Source: an uncultured virus (IMG/VR IMGVR_UViG_3300007770_000006) (lineage: Duplodnaviria > Heunggongvirae > Uroviricota > Caudoviricetes). From it: DNA of 64,000 nucleotides. Of the stretch, positions 1-9,899 are shown piece by piece. A model generated the notes under the pieces. It did no database searches. It had not been told where the DNA came from and worked only from the letters and a program-made list of their open reading frames with translations. Location of the stretch: the IMG/VR virus record IMGVR_UViG_3300007770_000006. The stretch is one strand, 5' to 3'. The position numbers and the translations under genes were made by a program. Numbering within the stretch: position 1 is the stretch's first letter; every line of letters starts with the position of its first letter.

Positions 1-168
1 CCGTTCTCGGCCGGCTGCGACTCAGCGCCGCGAGCGATGCTGCCGGTTGCCGATTCGGAACATCGCCAGCCGCTTCGCGCGGCGCTGAGTCGACACGATC
101 CGCGACGACGAGGACGAGCGCGCTTGGCGGGTGGCAAGCTGCTCCATTTTCCGCTCGGCGCTACCCGA

Positions 169-984
169 TTAGCGCTCGCTCGGCTCGCTGGGCAGCTGCC
201 CGAGATCGTGCGCGATCCGCTCGCGCGTCGCCGGGCCGGCGACCGCGTCGACCGTCAGCCCGCGCGAGCGCTGATAGCTCGCGACCGCCGAGCGGGTGCG
301 CGGCCCGGGCAGCCCGTCGATCTTGCCCGGATAGAAGCCGAGCGCGGCGAGCGCCGACTGCACGTCGCGCAGCGTGTCGAGCTGCGCCGAACGGGCGGCA
401 ATCGAGCTGCGCGGCTCGACGTGTGCGCCGAGCGCGCGGATCAGCGTTTCGGCAGTCGAGCCCGGACACGCCGGCTTGCCAAGCGCATAGTGCCCGGTCA
501 GCTCGAACGAGCGTCCGAACAGCGCGCGGCACGCGACGAACACCGCGAGCAACGCATACAGCTGCTCGGGCGTCGGCTCGTTCGCCGAGTGCCCGGGCGA
601 CGAGAAGTCGCCGAGTAGCAGACATGACAGATACTCGGCATTCTCGTCGCCGGGCCGTTCGCGCGTTCCCTGCGACCACGGCGCGACTTGCAGATCGTGC
701 AGAATGAAGACACGGCCGCCGGCGTCGATCCCGAGCGTGTAGAGAACCCCGGGCGCACCCGTCGCCGATACGTGATTGGGTCCGACGTGATACCGCGCAA
801 CGTCGACGAAACGCTGCGCACCATCGCCGGTCGGGCCGGCGCTGTGATGAACGCATAGCCCGCGGATCGCGCCCGGGTCGCGGGTGCGGAATCGCTTTGT
901 CTTGTGTGTCGGCAGAGCGCCGATCAGCGAGTCGACGATCGGCCCGTAATCACAGATTGCGCTGATCAGATCTTGTGTCTTCAT
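169..984 (-). CDS. Endolysin: N-acetylmuramoyl-L-alanine amidase (Amidase_2) plus C-terminal peptidoglycan-binding domain
   Basis: CVHHSA, LTGH...KPACPG; VQSALAALGFYPGKIDGLPGPRTRSAVASYQRSRGLTVDAVAGPAT; start taken at MKTQDL. Confidence 0.9.
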   Translation of the reverse strand: MKTQDLISAICDYGPIVDSLIGALPTHKTKRFRTRDPGAIRGLCVHHSAGPTGDGAQRFVDVARYHVGPNHVSATGAPGVLYTLGIDAGGRVFILHDLQVAPWSQGTRERPGDENAEYLSCLLLGDFSSPGHSANEPTPEQLYALLAVFVACRALFGRSFELTGHYALGKPACPGSTAETLIRALGAHVEPRSSIAARSAQLDTLRDVQSALAALGFYPGKIDGLPGPRTRSAVASYQRSRGLTVDAVAGPATRERIAHDLGQLPSEPSER

Positions 985-997
985 TCGTTCGCCCCGT

Positions 998-1564
998 TCA
1001 GTCGTCGAGCTGCGGCCACGGCGCGCCGTCTTTGCGCGGCAGCGCGAGCAGCGCTGCCGGGTGCCGTATGCCGTTCTGGCGCTGCGCACGTAGCCGATTC
1101 AGCGCATACACGGCGCATCCGGCCTGTGTCGGCTTGACGCTTCGCTGGATCAACTGCTCGTCTATGAACAGACCCCAGAGCGTGCCGAGACAGCCGATCG
1201 CGATCTTGTCGCCGATCGCGTACAGATCGCCGGCTTCATCGCGCCGCCACGCGGGCGGCATGATCACGAACGCGCCCGGCGACGCCGGGTCGGGCAGCGC
1301 GATCAGACGGTCGGCGGTCGCGAACGTCTGCGCGGGATCTCGCATCTTCAGCGACGCGAGCGCGTGCCACGGCGACAGCCGCCACGGCGTTTCGTTGCGT
1401 GTCAGCACCGACCAGATCGAGCCGTCAGCGTCGACAGCGACGAGCGCTGCATTCCCGCCGCGATAGCAGCCGACGCCGACTCTGCGCAGCACGCCGTCGA
1501 CCCACATTGACCCGGCGTGGGGCATCGGCCCGCGCGCGGTCTGGACCATGTTTAGAGCCGCCAT
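998..1564 (-). CDS. Hypothetical protein
   Basis: ORF abutting the clamp gene, protein-like composition. Confidence 0.6.
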   Translation of the reverse strand: MAALNMVQTARGPMPHAGSMWVDGVLRRVGVGCYRGGNAALVAVDADGSIWSVLTRNETPWRLSPWHALASLKMRDPAQTFATADRLIALPDPASPGAFVIMPPAWRRDEAGDLYAIGDKIAIGCLGTLWGLFIDEQLIQRSVKPTQAGCAVYALNRLRAQRQNGIRHPAALLALPRKDGAPWPQLDD

Positions 1565-2778
1565 TAGTCGAGCCGGGCCGGCATCACGATCGCGAACAGA
1601 TCGGGCGCACGGATCACGATCGGATCGAGCGGGTGGTCGCCGATGAACGCCCGAACGCTATCAGCAGTCGACGCCGACAGCGCGTCGATCAGCAGCCGCG
1701 CGTCCGCGCCGAACGTCGCCGACAGTGACTCTGCGCTAACGACGTTCGGGCCGATCTGTTCGCGCCGAGTGCATTTCGCACCGTTGCGGTCGCTCGTTTC
1801 GACGAGCAGCCCGCGCCCGTCGATCCGCAGACTCGCGCGGATCATGCGCCGCCCGCCGCCCGCCCAGCGCACGACTCGCCGCAGATTCGACATAGTCTGC
1901 ACGCGCTCGATCACGGCCGATCGTTCGGGCTTCATGTCGAAATTCGGAACGATCGAGCGCCACTTGGGAAAGTCGCCGTAAACGCCGGCGAGCTGCACGA
2001 GCCAGCGCCCGCACGACGCGGTCAAGTGTCCCGCGCCGCGGAACACCGGCGGCTCGGCGCTGAGCGCCACGATCTCGGCAGTCGCGCCCGCGAGCACGTC
2101 GACGAGCGCTCGCGCGGCGACGAGCGGGATCTGCAGCTTGGAGACATCGTTATGACCTTCGCTGTCAGCGCCCGGCGTCACGCCCGGCGCGAGCGTCGCC
2201 GGCAGACCGACGGCGTGCAGCCGGGCTCCATCGGTTGCGACGAGCGCGACACCGTCTGACGGGCCGAGATCGCCGAACATCGAGTCAGCCTCGCGGATCT
2301 CGTCGAACACGACGCCCGAGATTCCCGGGCGGTGCATCATGTCGGATTTCAGCGCCCGACAGCACGCGCGCAAAGCGTGCAGCAGCGACTCGCGCGAGAT
2401 CGTGCAGAACGCCTGCCCGCTCCCGATCTCGGGCGGGTCTGTGACTGACTGTGCGTCATACTCGCAGACGCCGAAATGATCGGCGATGATCACCGTCGAG
2501 CCCGTGTCGTCAGAGCGCACAGACTGCTGCCAGTCGCCGCACTTTGCGCCGAGCGTCTGCTGCCCTTGACGGGCGAACGGGCGGCCGGGCAGTGAGAGCC
2601 AGCCGGCGTCGCCGTTCGTGAGAATGTCGGGCATGTCGACGAGCAGACGAACGCCGCTTGTGTTGTCGGTGCTCGCGTAGATCTGCGAGCCGTTGCCGAG
2701 TCGGCGGATCAGTGCCCGATCGGCTCGCATCTTCGCGATCGTGCTGAACACGGCTCGTTTCTCTGTTCCGTTCATCAT
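1564..2778 (-). CDS. DNA polymerase III beta sliding clamp-like protein
   Basis: LVATDGARL, YGDFPKWRSIVP, FGADARLLIDAL and C-terminal AIVMPARL match DnaN motifs; N-terminus divergent. Confidence 0.8.
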   Translation of the reverse strand: MMNGTEKRAVFSTIAKMRADRALIRRLGNGSQIYASTDNTSGVRLLVDMPDILTNGDAGWLSLPGRPFARQGQQTLGAKCGDWQQSVRSDDTGSTVIIADHFGVCEYDAQSVTDPPEIGSGQAFCTISRESLLHALRACCRALKSDMMHRPGISGVVFDEIREADSMFGDLGPSDGVALVATDGARLHAVGLPATLAPGVTPGADSEGHNDVSKLQIPLVAARALVDVLAGATAEIVALSAEPPVFRGAGHLTASCGRWLVQLAGVYGDFPKWRSIVPNFDMKPERSAVIERVQTMSNLRRVVRWAGGGRRMIRASLRIDGRGLLVETSDRNGAKCTRREQIGPNVVSAESLSATFGADARLLIDALSASTADSVRAFIGDHPLDPIVIRAPDLFAIVMPARLD

Positions 2779-2824
2779 GCGCTCCCTGCGTCTGTGCGCG
2801 TGTCTTCATGTAGCGCCGCCGGCG

Positions 2825-3487
2825 CTACGCACCGCCGGCGGCGAGCATCGCTGCGTTGCACTCGGCGAGTCGAGACTGCGCGACCGCGTGTCGCTCGGCG
2901 TCGATCTCGGCACCGACATAGCGCCGGCCCGTCTGCATACAGACTCGCGCGAGCGGCGCGAGTCCGGCATACAGATCGAGCACGAGATCTCCAGGCTGTG
3001 ACATCGCCGACACGAACGCGCGCAGCGGCTCGGCCGGCTTCTCGCTGTGTCTGCGGCGCGGCGCGCGCCACGCATTGCGCAGCGTGCCGAACGGCCGCGG
3101 CTCTCCCTTCGCGTACAGCAGCCACGGCTCGGAGTCGCCGCGAACGTGATAGCCGATCCCGATCCCGTTCGACTTGTGCCACGAACCGCCGGTAACGTGC
3201 CGCCATCGGTGATTCTTCAGCGACGCCGCGAACCACTCACCGATCGTCGGCCATGTCGACCAGAGCAGCATGTATGCCGAGTCTGCGGCCGAGTCATACG
3301 CCGCGTCGACAGTCTGCACGATGTCGGGCATTCTGACGGCGGGATAGTGCGTCGCCGCGCAGCCGCGCCGCGTTCGGTTCCGATATGGCCAGGGCGGGTC
3401 GACGCACACGAGCCGAGCATTCTGCGCAGACTCGATCGCTCTCGACACGTCGCCGCGTATGAGCTGAACGCCCGGGATCTCAGTCAT
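2825..3487 (-). CDS. DNA adenine (N6/N4) methyltransferase
   Basis: DPPW catalytic motif, HSEKP, VLDLYAG SAM-binding motif, GAEID. Confidence 0.85.
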   Translation of the reverse strand: MTEIPGVQLIRGDVSRAIESAQNARLVCVDPPWPYRNRTRRGCAATHYPAVRMPDIVQTVDAAYDSAADSAYMLLWSTWPTIGEWFAASLKNHRWRHVTGGSWHKSNGIGIGYHVRGDSEPWLLYAKGEPRPFGTLRNAWRAPRRRHSEKPAEPLRAFVSAMSQPGDLVLDLYAGLAPLARVCMQTGRRYVGAEIDAERHAVAQSRLAECNAAMLAAGGA

Positions 3488-3524
3488 CGTGAACCGTCAC
3501 TCCTGCAAGCTGCAGATCGAGCAC

Positions 3525-3761
3525 TCAGAGCGCGTCGTTCACGCGCCACACTTTCGGCAGAGTCATGTGAATATCGTTCAGCGGCCCGATCGGCAGCGAT
3601 GCCACGTCGAGCCGAACGGGCGGCACAGATCCGGCGAACACCGGATCGCCGACCCGCAGCGTGTCGCTGTCGCGCTTTAACGGCGCGGCCGGGTACACGA
3701 TGCGATCGATCTGCCCGGCATATTTGTCGAGCAGATCGCGCCAGTCTGTGCGAGTGATCAA
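3525..3761 (-). CDS. Hypothetical protein
   Basis: Short ORF in operon. Confidence 0.5.
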   Translation of the reverse strand: MITRTDWRDLLDKYAGQIDRIVYPAAPLKRDSDTLRVGDPVFAGSVPPVRLDVASLPIGPLNDIHMTLPKVWRVNDAL

Positions 3762-3765
3762 TCAG

Positions 3766-4245
3766 CTACGCCGCGACTGCCGATCGGTTCGCGCGGGCGA
3801 ACACTGCCGCGATCGCCTCGCACGGCAGATCGTGCGCCTGCGTATACTCGGCGAGTTCGCCGGCGAACGTGTGCCGCTCGCCGAGCTGTCGCAGATCGGC
3901 GCTTCTATCACGGGCGATCGACTTGCCGATCTTTACGAGCTGCCGCAGTGTTTCGGCGTCGTTGACGAACGGCAGCAGCAGCTCAGGCGCGGCCGCGTTC
4001 CGGCGCAGCGTTCGCTCGATCGTCGTGCCGTCGCGCATCTGCAGCGACACGCTGGTCCAGCCGCCGCGGTTCCGTCGGATCTTCGAGATCCGACCGGGCA
4101 GAGTCATGCGCGTCGGACCGATGCACTGGTCGTCGTCGGTGAACGCGATCACCTGCACGATCATTCCGACCGCAGGCTTGAACGCCGCGGACGAGAGAAT
4201 CTGCTCTGCTGCCGCATTCTCGCGGTCTGTCATATTGTGTTGCAC
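3766..4245 (-). CDS. Hypothetical protein
   Basis: ORF with AGGAG RBS. Confidence 0.6.
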   Translation of the reverse strand: MQHNMTDRENAAAEQILSSAAFKPAVGMIVQVIAFTDDDQCIGPTRMTLPGRISKIRRNRGGWTSVSLQMRDGTTIERTLRRNAAAPELLLPFVNDAETLRQLVKIGKSIARDRSADLRQLGERHTFAGELAEYTQAHDLPCEAIAAVFARANRSAVAA

Positions 4246-4261
4246 GGTTGCTCCTGCGCCC

Positions 4262-4507
4262 TTACGGCGTCTTGTTTGAGTCTTCAGCGGCGAGCCGCTG
4301 TCGCTGAATCGTGATCAGTCGCGAGCAGCGCAGCGGGATCGGCGCATAGTGCTGCGCCTCGCGATCGATGGCGAGTAGACGGCGGCGAAGCCCGGCCGAC
4401 TCTGCGTGCAGCTCGACGAGAACCGCTCGCGCGATCCGCCGCTGCACAGTCAGCATTCCGATCTTCGCGAACGGCGACAGCTCGCGGCGCTGTGTCAGCA
4501 CGATCAT
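4262..4507 (-). CDS. Hypothetical protein
   Basis: MIVLTQ start overlaps upstream stop. Confidence 0.45.
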   Translation of the reverse strand: MIVLTQRRELSPFAKIGMLTVQRRIARAVLVELHAESAGLRRRLLAIDREAQHYAPIPLRCSRLITIQRQRLAAEDSNKTP

Positions 4508-4713
4508 CGCTGCACTTTGAATGCAAAGTGAACGCCGCGGAACGCCGCGCGTTTGATCCGCAAGTGAACGCCGGTGTGCGTCAGCTCGCCGCGGCAGTCG
4601 CTGATCGAGCACTCGTCCTCGCGACTGCCGGTCACGCCGGCGAGCCGCTGAATCAGAAACTGAACGCACGCGGGCGTCGGGCTGATCCAGCCGGTGCTAT
4701 AGATCGTCGACAC
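4504..4713 (-). CDS. Hypothetical protein
   Basis: GTG start with AGGAG RBS. Confidence 0.45.
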   Translation of the reverse strand: MSTIYSTGWISPTPACVQFLIQRLAGVTGSREDECSISDCRGELTHTGVHLRIKRAAFRGVHFAFKVQR

Positions 4714-5173
4714 TGTGTGCTCCTGCGTTCGGGTTGAAGTAGTCGCGCGGGGCGCAGATCGCACACATTATCGACCAGGGATCGAGATCTATGACGGCGT
4801 CGCCGAACAGATCGGGCGCGGCGTCGGCTTCGAGTAGACACACGCGCGCGGGCGCTCTCGCGAGATAGCGCCGGGCCGAGTCTGCGCAGATGAAAATCGG
4901 CAGTCCACCGGGCACGATCAGCGACGGATCGAGACATTCGGGCACAAACGAGCGGATCGGCCCGCTGCCGTTCGTGCCGAGTGTCAGCAGCTCGCCCGAG
5001 CCGCGACTGCGCAGCACGATCACGCGGTCGCCGAATCGGCAGCGGCGCGCCGTGTGTCTGCGCGAACCGCAGCGCGAGCACGAGCCGCGCAGCGAAGCGT
5101 CGCCGGCCGGGTCGTGCTGCGGGCGCGGCTGCGGGCGGCGACCCTTGAATCTGCCGGGATCGGGCGGGCTCAC
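4697..5173 (-). CDS. Hypothetical Cys/His-containing protein
   Basis: CSRCGSRRHTARRC zinc-knuckle-like motif. Confidence 0.5.
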   Translation of the reverse strand: MSPPDPGRFKGRRPQPRPQHDPAGDASLRGSCSRCGSRRHTARRCRFGDRVIVLRSRGSGELLTLGTNGSGPIRSFVPECLDPSLIVPGGLPIFICADSARRYLARAPARVCLLEADAAPDLFGDAVIDLDPWSIMCAICAPRDYFNPNAGAHSVDDL

Positions 5174-5394
5174 AGCGCGAACCGCTCGCGCAGTCTGCGC
5201 AGCTCGGCATTGGCGGCGGCGAGCCCTGTCGTGGGATCAACCCACATCAGCAGTTGATAGACTGCCTTCCAAGCGTTTTGCCTCGTAACAGTCCCCCACC
5301 CATGGAAGAACTCGTTCAACAGTGCTTCACGATTTTCAGCCCCAAATGGCCGATCAACCTGTCCTTCGGGTGGCATTCCCATACTCCAATTCAT
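5170..5394 (-). pseudogene. Truncated or chimeric remnant of the gene downstream of the C5 methyltransferase (possible restriction-system partner)
   Basis: Starts inside the MTase 3' end; composition switches to phage-like after ...WVDPTTGLA and the ORF stops about 14 codons later. Confidence 0.5.
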
Positions 5395-6679
5395 CGTTCG
5401 ATTGCCCCAGAAGAACCTCCCGCAAGGACCGCGCAATGGCCGTAGCGAGCAGGGGCGGGACAGCATTGCCCACCTGTCGATAGCGAGAATGCGCCGGCCC
5501 ACCGGGGATACGGCCGTCCAGTTTGCCCTTTCGGGGGTCGGTCGTGAACGAAAAGCCGTCAGGAAAGGACTGCAACCTCGCAAACTCCCGCACTGAAAGA
5601 GCACGTGGCGAAGCGTAGTGATAAGCACTATCCGCCTTGGTATTGAGAGTCCAAGCCCAAAATGCGCGATGGAGGCGACGATAGGCGTAGTAGTGTTTCC
5701 GGCCTAACCTGCCACTCCCGTTCGAAGGCCCCCATTTCTGCCCTGTAAGATACCGCTGGCGTAGGTTCTCGGACAGGTCTCGGTAGTTCCCGCCCTCCGG
5801 GACACCATTCAACCGGAGAACGGTATCCCTGTTAATGCGTGGCACTTGCACGTTCCTCAATTGTTCTTCTTCCCTATCCATCCTCATCGCCTCCTGATAG
5901 CGCGAGGAGGGCGCAGGAAGGGACGCCGCATCAATACGGTCATCACGGCGACCAGCAACAAGCCACGCCAAGTCACCGATTGCCTGTTCTACTGACACCG
6001 CCCAGAGATCTGTCGGGTCATTCAGCCGACCAACAGGATCCTCGCCTGTGATCGGCACCGAAGGGGAGTCTATGTTGTAAGACACTCCCCGAGAGTCTTC
6101 TCGACGCTCCAGTCGCAACATTCCTGAGGCTCCAGAGCCATATGGAAATCGAAACCTCTCAGTTCGATCAGCACGCACCCCCACAAATACGATCCGCTTC
6201 CGCGTCTGGGGAACGCCAAAATCTACGGCATCCACGACCCGACTCTGCACAACGTAGCGCCCCCTGAGGGACAGATCGGTCAACACCTGAGAACGAACCC
6301 CCATTTGGTCCATTCCAGGGACATTCTCCATGACGAAGCCGAGAGGGCGAAAACGCTCGATCGCCCGCACGAACTCGCGATAGAGGCCGTTGCGCGGGTC
6401 ATCAATAATACGAGAGTGGTTGCGAACCTGAGAAAAAGCCTGGCAAGGCGGCCCGCCGACAAGAACATCGGCCTCGCCAGCTGCTCGCGCGACTTTCGAG
6501 AACACAGCGTCATTCCTGATGTCACCAGTTACCGCGAGTGCATCGGGGAAATTCAACGCGAACGTGGCCATTGCATCGGGGTCGCAATCAACTCCACCAA
6601 TCACTTGACAACCAGCCATCCTCATGCCCTCAGACAGCCCACCAGCACCACAGAACAAGTCAACTACTTTCAACTTCAT
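5354..6679 (-). CDS. dcm: DNA (cytosine-5) methyltransferase
   Basis: DLFCGAGG, GGPPCQAFS, ENVPG, PQTRKR, ARLQSFPD, QVGNAVPP; GC visibly lower than flanks. Confidence 0.95.
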   Translation of the reverse strand: MKLKVVDLFCGAGGLSEGMRMAGCQVIGGVDCDPDAMATFALNFPDALAVTGDIRNDAVFSKVARAAGEADVLVGGPPCQAFSQVRNHSRIIDDPRNGLYREFVRAIERFRPLGFVMENVPGMDQMGVRSQVLTDLSLRGRYVVQSRVVDAVDFGVPQTRKRIVFVGVRADRTERFRFPYGSGASGMLRLERREDSRGVSYNIDSPSVPITGEDPVGRLNDPTDLWAVSVEQAIGDLAWLVAGRRDDRIDAASLPAPSSRYQEAMRMDREEEQLRNVQVPRINRDTVLRLNGVPEGGNYRDLSENLRQRYLTGQKWGPSNGSGRLGRKHYYAYRRLHRAFWAWTLNTKADSAYHYASPRALSVREFARLQSFPDGFSFTTDPRKGKLDGRIPGGPAHSRYRQVGNAVPPLLATAIARSLREVLLGQSNDELEYGNATRRTG

Positions 6680-6934
6680 CCTCCCGCAGAGCCCACCCTA
6701 CCCCAAGTCGCGGCCCTTGATCTACCACCGCGCGCCCCCCCGAGACTCGAAGCGCCCAGAATGCGCTTATGTCGAGGTCTCCCCCGGTCCCGAAACAGGA
6801 GATCGGGGAAGCACCTCCCTCAAAGACCCCGCTACCAGTTCGGCGCACCGGCCTCGTAGAGAGGGCCGTTCCCTTCCACACTCAGTCTTCGAGACTCACC
6901 CATATTCGTGCGCCAGGGTGTCTAACGCTCATTA

Positions 6935-7207
6935 TCACGGTTCCGAGTCTGTTGTGCCGGGTCTGTGCTGAATCGTCAGCAGCTCGGCCCGCAGTAGTGG
7001 AAAATGAAGCCTGCGAGCGGCGGCAGCGGCGAGCTGATGTCGGGTCAGAAACGGCGCGCTCTGACCCGACAGCGCGCGCAGCCGTTCGAGATCACACGGT
7101 GCGAGCAGAAACGCCAAGACGTTCGGATCGAACCCGGCGAACACGCGCTCGGCGTGCAGCAGCTCGGCCGCTGACTCGTGCATCGCGATAATCTGTTCGC
7201 GCGTCAT
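6935..7207 (-). CDS. Hypothetical protein
   Basis: ORF MTREQ... Confidence 0.5.
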   Translation of the reverse strand: MTREQIIAMHESAAELLHAERVFAGFDPNVLAFLLAPCDLERLRALSGQSAPFLTRHQLAAAAARRLHFPLLRAELLTIQHRPGTTDSEP

Positions 7208-7405
7208 CACAGCGAGAACCCGTGTACAGCGATGAGCGTAGAAACTGGGCTCATTGCATGATCCTTGAATTGAGCGCAGCCGCCCGGGATCGGGCAGATT
7301 CACGAGCCCGGGGATCTGTTCTGTTTGTCAGCGCCGACCGTGCAGAGACATTCTACACGACTCGACGATCCCGAGCCCGGGACGGCTGCGCGTGATCGGT
7401 GTTCG

Positions 7406-7735
7406 TCACGAATCGACGGACGGTGGGTGTGTGAAGACTCGCACGATGTCGGCTGCGCTGCGGCACGGGTCACGCTGTACCTCGCGCAGACACTGCAGCA
7501 GCAGCTCGGGCGACATCGCCCGGCGGCACCGGTAGAACTGCATCGCGGCCGAGACATCGGCCGGCACGCTGATCCCGAGTCGGCGGCACAGCTCGGCGCG
7601 CGTCGACGGTGAGAGCGAAGAAATCGTTCGCCGCTCGGCGTGATTCAGCATGAGCGCGACGAATACGTGCGCGTCGACGATCCGCACGAGCGCGTCGCGC
7701 GGCGAGTCTGCGAATTGCAGCGCCGAGTCGGTCAT
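7406..7735 (-). CDS. Hypothetical protein
   Basis: ATGA overlap with upstream gene. Confidence 0.55.
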   Translation of the reverse strand: MTDSALQFADSPRDALVRIVDAHVFVALMLNHAERRTISSLSPSTRAELCRRLGISVPADVSAAMQFYRCRRAMSPELLLQCLREVQRDPCRSAADIVRVFTHPPSVDS

Positions 7736-8151
7736 GCGTACACGTTGAGAATTTCGCTGATCAGCTGCTGCGACTGCTCGGCGAACGACAGATCGTGCAT
7801 GTCTTGCACGGCACGCAGACACTGCCCGAACAGCGGCGCAGACAGCTGATCGGCGACCGATAGCGCGAAGCCGCAGCGGGCGACGCGCCGGGCGGCGATC
7901 GACGTGCGCGGCTGAGTGAAGTGCTCGATCGCGTCTATCATGTCGAGACATGACGCAATCCCGATTAGCTGCTCGTTCGGCAGCATGAGACACACGGTCG
8001 GAATGCAGCGCGAGTCAGCAGTAAGCCCGGGGCGGTGTTCGGCGAGCAAGCCGACACGACGCGCGGCCCGAGCTGCGCGCAAGTGAGCCGCGAACACGGC
8101 GGCGATTCGCTCGGCCGGCGGCGGTGTCGAGACTGTACCGGGCGCGGTCAT
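7732..8151 (-). CDS. Hypothetical protein
   Basis: ORF with AGGAG RBS. Confidence 0.55.
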   Translation of the reverse strand: MTAPGTVSTPPPAERIAAVFAAHLRAARAARRVGLLAEHRPGLTADSRCIPTVCLMLPNEQLIGIASCLDMIDAIEHFTQPRTSIAARRVARCGFALSVADQLSAPLFGQCLRAVQDMHDLSFAEQSQQLISEILNVYA

Positions 8152-8214
8152 CGTTCGGCTCCTGTTCAGCCCTGAATAGAGCCCGGGCGCGCAGATCGCA
8201 CAGCCCATCGAGAA

Positions 8215-8886
8215 TCAGCCCGCAGCCGCAAAAGACGGCGACGCGATGATCTGGACATCGCAGCCGAGACACTGATCGGCGAGCGCGGCAAGCTGCATGG
8301 ACGGCAGCAGCTCGGCAGAGTCTGCGCGGTACACGGCGTGATCAAGCGCCGGCGCTGAAATCGAACGCACGGTCGAGCCCGAGCGGATCGCGAGCCGCCC
8401 GGCGCGGCGCACAGTCGCGGCGGCGCGATCGCTGCTGCCGTGCCATAGCAGAACGAGCGCCGGCCCGTAGCGGGTGATCACGGCGTCAGGGACCGGCCCG
8501 TCGGAGTCGTGGACAGTAGACATGAAGCCGCAGCCGAGCGAGCCGCGGTGGCGCTCGTCGAGCTGCAGAGACATATGACAGAAGTGCAGAACGGCGTCTT
8601 GCGCGCTGTGATAGACGCAGCGCTGCGCGGCGAGCACAATGTGCGAGGCGTTGATGGGCCACAGATCGAGCAGCGGACAGCCCGACTCGGAACGGGTGAC
8701 GACAGCGATCGAGCGGTCGTCGGACTGCTGCGGAATCACGCACAAGCCGAGCCGCAGATCGTCGGCGTGCAGCCCGAGCGCGACCGGCAAACCCGGCGTA
8801 AATAGGCTGCAAGGATCGCCGCGTTCGGGCGTGATCAGAACAGTTTGAATCGACGTGTGCGGGCTGACTGTCGGGACGTTCGGCAC
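8215..8886 (-). CDS. Hypothetical protein
   Basis: GTG start with AGGA RBS. Confidence 0.55.
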   Translation of the reverse strand: MPNVPTVSPHTSIQTVLITPERGDPCSLFTPGLPVALGLHADDLRLGLCVIPQQSDDRSIAVVTRSESGCPLLDLWPINASHIVLAAQRCVYHSAQDAVLHFCHMSLQLDERHRGSLGCGFMSTVHDSDGPVPDAVITRYGPALVLLWHGSSDRAAATVRRAGRLAIRSGSTVRSISAPALDHAVYRADSAELLPSMQLAALADQCLGCDVQIIASPSFAAAG

Positions 8887-8889
8887 GGC

Positions 8890-9899
8890 GTTTTCCTGCG
8901 ACTTGCTGACACGGGGGGCCGGCTTGCGCCGGCCGGCGCTTGCGCTGAAATGCGCGACACGCGCTGACGTGTAGCGCGCGAGGGGGCGGGACGCACAGAG
9001 AGAGGGGGCCTGCGCGACGAGAGAAAAAATCGATCGGTAGTGGCTGGCGAAAAATCGATCGGTAGTGGCTGGTGTGGACCGCCACGCAGCCCCCCGCGCG
9101 CCCCGAACACTACACACCCCCCCCGGTGGGAATGCCGACCAGCGCTGCATTCCCTGGCTGCGACGAACATGCAGACTCGTCCGTCGCGAGTCACCGCGGG
9201 CAGATCGTGCAGACACGCCGGCGCATCGAGTCACCCGTGGCGTACTGGTGCGGTCGCACCGGTACGCCGCGACGGCGGCCAGCTCGGCATTCCCAGCGAG
9301 CTGCTATAGCTGCCCGGGCAGCGCCCACGAGCTGCTATAGCAGTCGCCCGATGCAGACACGCCGGGACGGCACGACTCGGCGCTGACTCGGCGACCGTCA
9401 AACTCTTGACGGCTCGTCGAGAACCCCGGCCCGGGGCGGGTTCTGGGTGTTGGGTTGCCCTGTGTTTCAGCATGTTGCCTCACCATCCCGCTCAATCCCC
9501 CACCGCTCACCTACCGGCCCCCTGTTTCACCATTACCCGCTGCTGCTCTACATTCTCGAACAGCTCTTGTCCGCGCATTTCAGCATCTGCGCCGCTCTGC
9601 TACCGGGCCGGGCAGCACAGCCCGATCACTATCGCAGCAGGGGCGCAGCACTGCTCGCAGCGCTTCAGATCCGGCCGATCTGCTGCGCACCGTGCAGCGC
9701 GCCAGCGCTGCCCCTGTGTCTGCAATCCGATCGCAGCGCGAGCCCGTCGCCGTCTGTACGGCCCGGGCTCACCCTGTGTCTGCGGCCTATACGCGGCATC
9801 TATGCGCGAGCCGTCGTATAGTCGGCCACGATCAGCTCTGCGGGCGTGTCTGCACTATTCGCGCATCTATGCGTTCGGCACAGTCTTACACGCGGCGCA
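8890..9899. other. Non-coding region rich in direct and inverted repeats (candidate origin or terminus region)
   Basis: No credible ORF; several paired direct repeats and hairpins; pyrimidine-rich tract ~9470-9560. Confidence 0.5.
9025..9072. repeat. 23-bp direct repeat x2 (AAAAATCGATCGGTAGTGGCTGG)
   Basis: Copies at 9025-9047 and 9050-9072. Confidence 0.9.

Noticed and set aside
5170..6679. Complete restriction-modification system
   Set aside because: Partner ORF is only 74 aa and appears truncated; no Vsr or REase recognisable upstream
4752..8202. Shared GCGCAGATCGCACA (CAICA) near 4752 and 8189
   Set aside because: 14-bp match built from words common in this genome; no extended homology
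9025..9072. 23-bp repeat as a mini-CRISPR
   Set aside because: Only 2 nt between copies
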